Under the pieces are notes generated by a model. It did no database searches, had not been told where the DNA came from, and saw nothing but the letters and a program-made list of their open reading frames with translations. Positions 24,507-31,380 of a stretch of 31,380 nt of DNA are shown here, piece by piece (within the stretch, counting starts at the first letter, position 1; each line of letters starts with the position of its first letter). The stretch is from a virus (Duplodnaviria > Caudoviricetes): positions 1 to 31,380 of IMG/VR virus record IMGVR_UViG_3300017914_001116. The stretch is one strand, 5' to 3'. The translations under genes and the position numbers were made by a program.

Positions 24507-27170
24507 TTACTCAAAATCAAACAAACTGTTAAAGTTATTATCTGTTCTCGTGCCGGAGATATCCCACTCTAGCACCCCAATCAAGTTGCCTAACTTTTCA
24601 TCAATAACACTGTTTTCCATTGCAGCATCATCAAATGGCAAATCCTTAAACCAATCTGGCAAACGCAGTTCGTCTACAGGATATGCAACACTAGTATAAC
24701 CCATTGGATTCTGTTTTAGTTTACACACAATAACTTTTTGTCCGTCAGTGATATTCATACTATACTTGTCATCGTGCATACGTTTGAGTGTATTCCAGTT
24801 AATACTTGCTCTTACGTGTCCAGGCATATTTGCCTTGCCTAGTTTCTTTTCCTTTGCGAGATACTCAGTTACTTTGTTCGCACGTTTCGGTGAACCTTTT
24901 TCCCAGCCGGGTCGTCCTTTGAAGTCGGTTCTAAATTCTGTGATATAGTCGAGAACTTCTTCTTTGTCTTTTCCTTCTAGTGTAAGTTTCAATACGTGCG
25001 ATAAAAAGTCTTGAATTACAACCGGAGTATCTGAACGTTTTAGATCTAGTCCCATAGGCTTGATCTTTCCGCCCTGTCCTTCTGTGTCAGTTCTAAAACC
25101 TTCAATATCATAATACAAAACTGCATAACGTTTCTTAGTAATAAACAAACCACTACTTGCAACAATTTCTCTACCTGCTGCAATTACTTCACCTCGCTTT
25201 GTAGGGCAGTGGAATGCAGTTTGCATAAATTTTGGAAACGTTGTATTTGCTTGTTCACCGATTGTGTCATACAGTTCTATTACGCTATCGCGTGTCCACG
25301 GAATATTACCTGCATCAATATCTTTCTTTAGTGTTGTGTATGCACTAAAATAACAAGAGTCTGTATCACCGTAAATAATTGATTTACCTGTATGAGAATA
25401 TTCACCTGTAATAATTTCATTAATCTTGCCGGCCATATGCTTTGTAATAGCACGACCTGTTAGTGTGGTACTTTGTCCGATACGGTTGTCAAAAAATCTA
25501 CAGCCAGGATTAAGAATGGCCCCGTAAAGAGAGTTAAGATTAATTTTTTTAACAAGCTGACGTTTGTCCCAGTACTCTTTCTCAATTTGATTTCCTGCAT
25601 CCGATGCCGCTCCTTTTTTCTTCTGCATTTCTTTACGTTCGCTATACCAACGTGCTAGCAAACCAGGAACGATACCTTCTTTTTCATATGTAAAGATTGT
25701 GCCGTTGGCACTTAGCATCCACGGCATATTACTTTCAAAGATAAGATCATAAACCTGTGCGGCAGACAAAACATCACTTGAACCATCTTCCCAGTCCACA
25801 GTAAGTTCTCGACCAACTTCTCTAGCCATTACAGATTCATATTCAACACTGCCAAACTTTCCTTCCCAAGCAGATGCGAAAGATTTGCCCTTGCCCATCT
25901 CACTTTCAACCATTGCTTTTGTGCCGTCTTGTCTAAGCTGACCTATAATAGTTTCAGGCCCCATATTCAATGCACGAATCACAGATGGATACAGTGAATT
26001 AATGTCAACGGATCCGATCCATTTGTGGATACCTTTTTTAGGATATGCTACATATGCACCAGCTGCCGGCTCACTACCCGGCTCACGCTTGATTCTATTA
26101 GGAACAATAAAGCCACGTCTATGTGCTTCATTAATAATTGCTTGTTCTGTAACAGCAACAGCACCCATTGTAGTAGATATAAGAACTGTGTTTTCGTGTG
26201 CAATAGTGTTTGCAAGATCGATAAATTTAAGTTTTTTATCTAGCTTATCTAGCAGTGCAGTATCTTGTCTGTTGTATTCGATAAAAGTTCTAAAGTCATT
26301 GTTATATAATTGATCAAGTGTGCCTTCGTAAACAGTTTTTGTTTCACCAACTTCCATTTCACCAATGGCATCTAATCGATATGTATGACGCTCTTCATAG
26401 TTGTACTTTCTATAAAGTTCTAAGCTATCAACGTGTACTCGACCGATTAGATCATATGTTACTGAAGTTTTTCCGAACTTTTCATACTCACGTTTCTTAG
26501 GCATCTGATTCCACAAACACAGACGTCTTGTATCTTCTTTACTTAATACTTTGATAATTCTATTAACAGTGTACGGCATATCAAAGCCTTCACTGTTCCA
26601 CCCACTCAATACATCTGCATCTTGAATCAAATCCAAAAACGCATCAAGCATATCTGCTTCATTGTCAAATAGTATCGTATTAGGAATACCTTCGATAGCC
26701 TTTTGTGCTTCTTGCATACTCAACGTCTTGGGAGGAATAGCAAGACAAATCAAACTATCTAACCATTGTAAATGTACAGCAATGGATGTAATAGGCATAA
26801 ATGCATCTTCGGGACTTGCATACCCTCGTTCAGGGTCGAAGTCAACCTCAATATCCCAAAACGCAACGTTTAGGTTAGGTGCATCTACATTTAAGTAATT
26901 GTCTTCCAAACATCTATAAATTGGATTTATATCTGATTCGTACAGTTTTTTGTTTGAATGAATGGCAAGTTCTTTCCTCAGTTCCTTCACATTCTTTGCA
27001 TTTACACGTGAAAGAGGATCGCCATAAATTGAAGTATATTTTCCTTTTGGATCAGGATAATAAAAAATATGCCTTGGTGCATATTCGTTGAAGGTTCTTT
27101 TATCGCCCTTCCTTTCTACGACACGGATGATATCTTCACCGCGATCGTAGAATGCATCTACGTAACTCAT
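24507..27170 (-). CDS. Family B DNA polymerase (T4 gp43-like)
   Basis: Exonuclease motifs WDIEVD, GWNSEGFD and YNRQD; polymerase motifs DINSLYPS, KINLNSLYG, YGDTDS and KKRY. Confidence 0.97.
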   Translation of the reverse strand: MSYVDAFYDRGEDIIRVVERKGDKRTFNEYAPRHIFYYPDPKGKYTSIYGDPLSRVNAKNVKELRKELAIHSNKKLYESDINPIYRCLEDNYLNVDAPNLNVAFWDIEVDFDPERGYASPEDAFMPITSIAVHLQWLDSLICLAIPPKTLSMQEAQKAIEGIPNTILFDNEADMLDAFLDLIQDADVLSGWNSEGFDMPYTVNRIIKVLSKEDTRRLCLWNQMPKKREYEKFGKTSVTYDLIGRVHVDSLELYRKYNYEERHTYRLDAIGEMEVGETKTVYEGTLDQLYNNDFRTFIEYNRQDTALLDKLDKKLKFIDLANTIAHENTVLISTTMGAVAVTEQAIINEAHRRGFIVPNRIKREPGSEPAAGAYVAYPKKGIHKWIGSVDINSLYPSVIRALNMGPETIIGQLRQDGTKAMVESEMGKGKSFASAWEGKFGSVEYESVMAREVGRELTVDWEDGSSDVLSAAQVYDLIFESNMPWMLSANGTIFTYEKEGIVPGLLARWYSERKEMQKKKGAASDAGNQIEKEYWDKRQLVKKINLNSLYGAILNPGCRFFDNRIGQSTTLTGRAITKHMAGKINEIITGEYSHTGKSIIYGDTDSCYFSAYTTLKKDIDAGNIPWTRDSVIELYDTIGEQANTTFPKFMQTAFHCPTKRGEVIAAGREIVASSGLFITKKRYAVLYYDIEGFRTDTEGQGGKIKPMGLDLKRSDTPVVIQDFLSHVLKLTLEGKDKEEVLDYITEFRTDFKGRPGWEKGSPKRANKVTEYLAKEKKLGKANMPGHVRASINWNTLKRMHDDKYSMNITDGQKVIVCKLKQNPMGYTSVAYPVDELRLPDWFKDLPFDDAAMENSVIDEKLGNLIGVLEWDISGTRTDNNFNSLFDFE

Positions 27171-27182
27171 CTTATCTCCTTA

Positions 27183-27233
27183 TGCAATTTTCGGCTTGCA
27201 AATACCAAACAGTCACTTATGGCTGACAACACC
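27183..27233 (-). promoter_or_regulatory. Tandem hairpin/pseudoknot-like element in the polymerase leader
   Basis: GGT-GTT-GTCA-GCC-ATAAG-TGAC and GGT-ATT-TGCAA-GCC-GAAAA-TTGCA, immediately before the AGGAG RBS. Confidence 0.55.
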
Positions 27234-27247
27234 TTCTTCATTAATAC

Positions 27248-27466
27248 TTATCCAAGCAGTCGACCGATAACGCCAACTGTGGTCATAGCACCGTTCGTTA
27301 CCATCAGTGCCTTGTCCTTCATCAATATAGCGGCTGTTAACCAAATAATGCCTCCAGTGATTTGAAGATACCATCCTTCTGTGATACCAGCACTCATCAA
27401 ACCAAAGCCGACAATAAGAGTCGCCGTAGCTGTCCATTTCAACGTATCTAAACGGTTAAGCAACAT
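27248..27466 (-). CDS. Small three-helix membrane protein
   Basis: Three hydrophobic segments; KW.AT...W...A....D.AL...N pattern, loosely like a PnuC/SemiSWEET half unit. Confidence 0.7.
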   Translation of the reverse strand: MLLNRLDTLKWTATATLIVGFGLMSAGITEGWYLQITGGIIWLTAAILMKDKALMVTNGAMTTVGVIGRLLG

Positions 27467-27644
27467 TCTTCTTGCGCCTCTTATTTTTTTTAGGCTTTGC
27501 AAGTTTGTCAATTTTCCAGCCAAAGATCTTTGCAATCTCGTAACCGTCCGGAGTCACTGACTTAGTCTCAGAATTTTTCTTCATACCGTATCCGTTGCCT
27601 TTTCTACTACGTTTATGGATTTTTGGGTCGTATGTGGTATTCAT
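27456..27644 (-). CDS. Small basic hypothetical protein
   Basis: 62-aa Lys/Arg-rich ORF directly behind a promoter-like sequence. Confidence 0.6.
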   Translation of the reverse strand: MNTTYDPKIHKRSRKGNGYGMKKNSETKSVTPDGYEIAKIFGWKIDKLAKPKKNKRRKKNVA

Positions 27645-27650
27645 TGTTAT

Positions 27651-27679
27651 ATAATACTATACTATAGATCTAAAGTCAA
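27651..27679 (-). promoter_or_regulatory. Candidate sigma70 promoter
   Basis: TTGACT-N17-TATTAT, with the ATG 6 nt downstream. Confidence 0.6.
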
Positions 27680-27957
27680 CCATAAAGTGCAACAATAAAT
27701 CCAAATACATTTACACAGCTAAAATATACAGTTAGCAAAAATACCCAAGCAGCACCACGTCTATAAGATGCAAACGCTTGAGTTATGCTACCAATAAAAA
27801 AACCTGGATACACATAAAGCATATTAGGATCATTGGCGTTAATTGCAAGTGTTAAACTTGCTGCTACTGTAAATACAAAACTTACAAGTTCGAAATAAAA
27901 TGCAGTTTGATCGCTGCGATAACTGTCTAACCAAAATTGTTTAATTTTGGACATCAT
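27676..27957 (-). CDS. Small three-helix membrane protein
   Basis: Three hydrophobic segments in 93 aa. Confidence 0.7.
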   Translation of the reverse strand: MMSKIKQFWLDSYRSDQTAFYFELVSFVFTVAASLTLAINANDPNMLYVYPGFFIGSITQAFASYRRGAAWVFLLTVYFSCVNVFGFIVALYG

Positions 27958-28213
27958 CAGGCAAATTCTTAGTTATCCCAAGAATCCCTTCGATATCGTT
28001 CCACTCTTCTTCGTGTTTAGCCCAATCGCCTTTGTGTGCAATTTTGATTGCTTTATTAATTGTGCTCGGTTTAATTTCTAATTCTTCTGCTACTGCTTTC
28101 ACAGTATCCTTAAGTCCTTCGTTAAGATCTTCAACTTCACGAAGCACGTTAGATCCTTCTTTGATTAAGCGTTCTAGTTTTGCTTTTTCTTCAGGGCCGT
28201 AATGTCTTGACAT
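27941..28213 (-). CDS. Putative dsDNA-binding protein (T4 DsbA/GapR-like)
   Basis: 90-aa helical protein, E.LKD.VKAVAEELEIKP..INKAIKIAHK pattern; AGGAG RBS. Confidence 0.55.
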   Translation of the reverse strand: MSRHYGPEEKAKLERLIKEGSNVLREVEDLNEGLKDTVKAVAEELEIKPSTINKAIKIAHKGDWAKHEEEWNDIEGILGITKNLPDDVQN

Positions 28214-28236
28214 ATTGTTCTCCTAGTTATTCAGTT

Positions 28237-28265
28237 ATTATATAGTCACAAAAAAAGCCAGTCAA
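28237..28265 (-). promoter_or_regulatory. Sigma70 promoter embedded in a terminator
   Basis: TTGACT (28265-28260)-N17-TATAAT (28242-28237). Confidence 0.75.
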
Positions 28266-28281
28266 GTAATTAACTGGCTTT
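28250..28281 (-). terminator. Rho-independent terminator
   Basis: AAAGCCAGTTAA-TTAC-TTGACTGGC followed by T7, downstream of the stop at 28305. Confidence 0.8.
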
Positions 28282-28304
28282 AGTTTTGTTTTGGTTAAAT
28301 TAGT

Positions 28305-29057
28305 TTAGCACTTGCAATCGTCTGTGCAGTCTTTATGATCTTTGTGATCATCGCAATCACATTTTTTACTTTCTGTCAAACTTTTTTCTACTACATCATA
28401 CATTTCGAAACGTCCGCCGTTGTTTTCATACACAACTGCTGCAAATGTATCTTGCTTTGACTCTTCTACTTTAGATTTAGCAACTCTTTGTGCCCAAGCC
28501 CAAAGTGTAGCATCGATAGGATCAATTGCTTGTTGTCCGCCGCTCTCTTTTACAATCTTCATCATTTCAGAAAGTGACATTGTTTCTGTGGTAATCTTTT
28601 TAGCAACAGGTTTAGCTGCTACTTTTTCGCCAAAGTCATCTTCGAACTCTACGGACTCATTTTTCTTTCCGAAGTATTTCTTTTGCTTTTCAGACATACC
28701 GTCTTTCTTGTCGTCCTTCTTGCCGTCCTTCTTAGCATCTTTGGCAGCCTTCTTCATAGGCTCTTTTTTGTCGCCATCTTTATCTACATCGAGGAAGTCT
28801 GGCTTGGCTGCTTCGTTAGTTTTTTCTTTTGCTTTGTCTTTTTTGTCTTTAGCTTTTTCAGCATCTCTAAAGGCAGCATCGATATGATCTTTGTGTTCCT
28901 TAGAACCTTGTTTTCCTGCATCGCTCTCTGTAAGTTGTTGCTTAACGCCCATATCAATACCTGCTGCTTCTGCTAGCATTGAAGTATTATGTAGATCTTG
29001 ATCGGGAGTAGTTGGATCAATTTCTTTAAGTTTTTTGTTAATTGCTCTAAAGTCCAT
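28305..29057 (-). CDS. Charged low-complexity protein, probably virion-internal, with a DxDxDG motif
   Basis: KPDFLDVDKDGDKKE, repeated (L/T/N)-ES sites, a Cys/His/Asp-rich tail and upstream GATAAATA. Confidence 0.7.
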   Translation of the reverse strand: MDFRAINKKLKEIDPTTPDQDLHNTSMLAEAAGIDMGVKQQLTESDAGKQGSKEHKDHIDAAFRDAEKAKDKKDKAKEKTNEAAKPDFLDVDKDGDKKEPMKKAAKDAKKDGKKDDKKDGMSEKQKKYFGKKNESVEFEDDFGEKVAAKPVAKKITTETMSLSEMMKIVKESGGQQAIDPIDATLWAWAQRVAKSKVEESKQDTFAAVVYENNGGRFEMYDVVEKSLTESKKCDCDDHKDHKDCTDDCKC

Positions 29058-29078
29058 AGTAGTTTCCTTTTACAGATG

Positions 29079-29086
29079 TATTTATC
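29079..29086 (-). promoter_or_regulatory. Candidate late promoter GATAAATA
   Basis: Overlaps the upstream TAA stop and precedes the AAGGA RBS of the gene starting at 29057. Confidence 0.5.
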
Positions 29087-29675
29087 TTTTTATTGCTGGG
29101 CCGCCAAAAAGGCTTACACCTGCAAGTTTGCCTGTTTGAGCACCTTTGGCCGATCCGTCTGGATTTTTGGGCTGTATAATTTTAGGCTGCGGTGGTGCTT
29201 TTGTACCGCTTTTGCCCGGAGTACCTGTGTAAGATTTCTTGCCTCTTGCCTTACCGGGCGATATGTGTGGAGCATCTACACTAGCAATATTGCCTGCACT
29301 TGTGGCACCTGCTGTAGCAGATTCTTCCATATTTTTAAAAGGGCTGTATTTGTTATAGATCTTTCTATCTGGATCTAGGATATCTGCCATTCTTCTAATT
29401 GCTTTTGCTTGCTCGTTGCCTCTTTGCCATACTCTGTGATCGTCACTGTAATCATACGTCCAATCGTGTGATTTAAGCATTTTCTCGTAATCTGCCATTG
29501 CATTAGGGCCAAGCTCTTTTGCTTTGGCTTGACGATCTTGTTCGGCCTTGTCTTTAGCTGCTTGTTTTGCGCCTTCGTCATCACTATGAACTTTAGACAA
29601 AACGTTACGCATTTTGTCATTCATATTTCCTAAATCTTTAGGATCAGCCTCAGCAAATAATTCATTTAATCTCAT
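29082..29675 (-). CDS. Hypothetical protein, probably virion-internal
   Basis: MRLNEL start, HDWTYDYSDD module, EESATAGATSAGNIA motif and a basic tail; TAAATA at 29681-29686. Confidence 0.75.
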   Translation of the reverse strand: MRLNELFAEADPKDLGNMNDKMRNVLSKVHSDDEGAKQAAKDKAEQDRQAKAKELGPNAMADYEKMLKSHDWTYDYSDDHRVWQRGNEQAKAIRRMADILDPDRKIYNKYSPFKNMEESATAGATSAGNIASVDAPHISPGKARGKKSYTGTPGKSGTKAPPQPKIIQPKNPDGSAKGAQTGKLAGVSLFGGPAIKR

Positions 29676-29679
29676 ACTA

Positions 29680-30903
29680 CTATTTACCCTTTTTACGCCC
29701 GCTTTTCATATTAGCACACCAGTGATACATCTTAGCCTTTTCACCGCTTGCATTCTTAGCACGTTTGCGTAGTGCTGTTACACTACCATTACAACTAGCA
29801 CCTGCACGTTTTACACGCCCTGGTCTGCTTTTGCCTTTTTTCTTACCGTCAGCAAAGTTTTCAATTATGCATTCAAGTGTATGCGGAATACGTGCTACAG
29901 GAATAGTAGTTTCTCCAAGCAGTCTTACAGCATCGTATCTATGATGACCATTTACAATCCTGTTGTGGCAATCTACAATTACAGGTGAATATTTGCCTTC
30001 TATTAATCTATCTACTTGACGTTTAAAGTTTTCCATTACACGTTCTTTTTGTACTGGAACCACTTCATCTATATTTAAAAACACAATTTCGTGATCTATG
30101 TTTTCAAGATGTTTGTTTCTAATTTGTGGTAATTCTTCTCTAGTATAACTTTCTTCTAAATCTGCAACTTCATCTGGAACATCGTATACCCAAGCCTTTG
30201 CTCGTCCAAGTTCACGCATCATACCAGTTAATCTTGTATTACCAGCAACTAGTTCTAAATATCCGTCACTGTATCTAGCAATAATAGGCAGTTCAATCTG
30301 TCCTGAAGATAGTGCTTTTGTAAATCTGTCTCTCTTGGCTTTGACCAATCCATCCCAGTAATCGTATCGATGTTCTTCACCTGCTTCGGTGTTTTCGATA
30401 TCGTTTGCCATACGGTTGTCAACGTCTACTGCTTTACCAGTCTTTGCTAGTTTTATCCATTCTTCTTTACCTAATTTACGATATTCAGGATAGCGGTTTG
30501 CTTCTCCCCACTCATAATCAAAGTTAGGCATTGTAAAATTTATTTTGCTTTCTTCTAAGTGTTCTCGCATTAGTCTTTGAAATGCTTTATCTACACTTTC
30601 TGTTTTCTTTTTAGTTGGTAAACCTTTGTGCTTGGTTTTAGCAAAGTCTTTTGCATCTGCTTTTGAGATATCTTTAGCAACATCTCCGGCTTCGCCACTC
30701 TTAGGCATATCACCTTTTTGCATTGCTCTTACAATCCCAAAGAATTGTTGTTGCTTTTTGCTTACTGCTTTTTCGTTGATACTTTCAGTTTTCTTGCGGC
30801 CCTGGCAATGCGCTTTTTGCGAAAAGCCTTTAGGATTATTGCAGTTAATGGAACGCTTATATTTCTTACTCCATTTCTCTGCTACAAATTCAATTGCTCT
30901 CAT
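29680..30903 (-). CDS. Modular protein with two ParB/Srx-like domains, probably virion-internal
   Basis: LPII...LELVAGNTRL and SPVIVD...IVNGHHRYDA motifs, separated from short basic Cys-containing modules by xxE-S/K linkers. Confidence 0.7.
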   Translation of the reverse strand: MRAIEFVAEKWSKKYKRSINCNNPKGFSQKAHCQGRKKTESINEKAVSKKQQQFFGIVRAMQKGDMPKSGEAGDVAKDISKADAKDFAKTKHKGLPTKKKTESVDKAFQRLMREHLEESKINFTMPNFDYEWGEANRYPEYRKLGKEEWIKLAKTGKAVDVDNRMANDIENTEAGEEHRYDYWDGLVKAKRDRFTKALSSGQIELPIIARYSDGYLELVAGNTRLTGMMRELGRAKAWVYDVPDEVADLEESYTREELPQIRNKHLENIDHEIVFLNIDEVVPVQKERVMENFKRQVDRLIEGKYSPVIVDCHNRIVNGHHRYDAVRLLGETTIPVARIPHTLECIIENFADGKKKGKSRPGRVKRAGASCNGSVTALRKRAKNASGEKAKMYHWCANMKSGRKKGK

Positions 30904-31097
30904 CTTGCCTTTTCTCCGGTAAGATGCGGTTTAGAAAACCAAAGTTTAAACCATTCAGGGGTGCCTGGTTCTATTTTATGCTTACGTTGTAGCTTTGCTT
31001 TCTCAGTACCAGAGATGGAAAGGTTTTCGGGATTGTAAGTTGTTAATCCTTTAAACTCATTTACACCTGCAAGTTTTTTGAGATCAGCAATGTCCAT
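30900..31097 (-). CDS. Small hypothetical protein
   Basis: MDIADLKKLAGV...IEPGTPEWFKLWF; ATG 31097 overlaps the upstream TAA. Confidence 0.7.
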   Translation of the reverse strand: MDIADLKKLAGVNEFKGLTTYNPENLSISGTEKAKLQRKHKIEPGTPEWFKLWFSKPHLTGEKAR

Positions 31098-31378
31098 TAC
31101 ATCTTCACGCAGTTGTCTACAGTCTTGCCGCCTTTTTTCTTTGTGCCCATACGCTTGTAGCCTTTCCAGCATACTTTGCCGTCAACGCCTTTCTGCTTTT
31201 CTTCAGACACTGTGTGATACTGTTCTTGGATGTCTTCTGGCATAGCAACAAATCTAGGATTGCCACACTCTGAACAAACAGACTCTTCTTTCTTGCCGGT
31301 CATATCTTTGCCGTGCTTTTTGTTGTAGTCTTTTGCTGCTTTGTCTCCTTTTAACGGATCTTTAGCAATTGCTTTGGC
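31097..31378 (-). CDS. 3' end of a gene truncated by the window edge, probably virion-internal
   Basis: The frame is open to the window end (AKAIAKDPLKG...). Contains a CSECG knuckle and a CWKGYK..G.KKKGGK.V.NCV module. Confidence 0.7.
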   Translation of the reverse strand, partial: AKAIAKDPLKGDKAAKDYNKKHGKDMTGKKEESVCSECGNPRFVAMPEDIQEQYHTVSEEKQKGVDGKVCWKGYKRMGTKKKGGKTVDNCVKM

Positions 31379-31380
31379 TA

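Noticed and set aside
28680-28870. Repetitive Lys/Asp/Ala-coding DNA as a tandem repeat
   Set aside because: It is low-complexity protein coding sequence with no fixed nucleotide period.
747-31038. Many opposite-strand or nested ORFs in the track (e.g. 2902-3342 -, 10904-11437 +, 22148-22558 +, 28420-28887 +, 27213-27437 -)
   Set aside because: They lie within well-supported genes, lack RBSs and motifs, and look like shadow frames.
1-31380. CRISPR array, tRNA, rRNA, intron or intein
   Set aside because: There are no regular repeat-spacer units, intergenic gaps are too short or lack cloverleaf features, and the polymerase is continuous and of normal length.
1-31380. Stop-codon reassignment
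   Set aside because: Genes tile densely in the standard code, and TAA, TAG and TGA all end well-supported genes.

Overview
The window is a gene-dense, AT-rich segment of a large T4-superfamily/jumbo-type phage genome read in the standard genetic code. It has three blocks. (1) 1-10255 (+) is a glycan-synthesis island: two GT-A-like paralogs, two radical SAM enzymes with N-terminal Twitch/SPASM-like Cys clusters, two SGNH-like proteins, two GT10-like proteins and a UDP-glucose/GDP-mannose dehydrogenase. (2) 10239-28213 (-) is a replication and nucleotide-metabolism block with family B DNA polymerase, a probable sliding clamp and an RNase H/5'-3' exonuclease. It contains a 7-deazaguanine DNA-modification cluster: TGT/DpdA-like transglycosylase, a QueD paralog with an LxxxHRHxF motif (DpdL-like), FolE and an atypical QueE. 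Interleaved with these are a retaining GT-B glycosyltransferase, an unknown 175-aa protein, an HNH nuclease, a phosphoribosyltransferase, a HIT hydrolase, a cupin and an MBD4-like glycosylase. No QueC, QueF or canonical QueD is visible in the window. (3) 28305-31380 (-) holds charged, modular, probably virion-internal proteins. The best candidate for an undescribed system is a sugar-decorated, possibly clamp-coupled deazaguanine DNA hypermodification. Other signals are a tandem pseudoknot-like element before the polymerase RBS, a promoter embedded in a terminator, several apparently leaderless transcripts, an unannotated 36-aa membrane peptide and a candidate antisense sRNA. All family calls come from motif recognition by eye; no searches were run.
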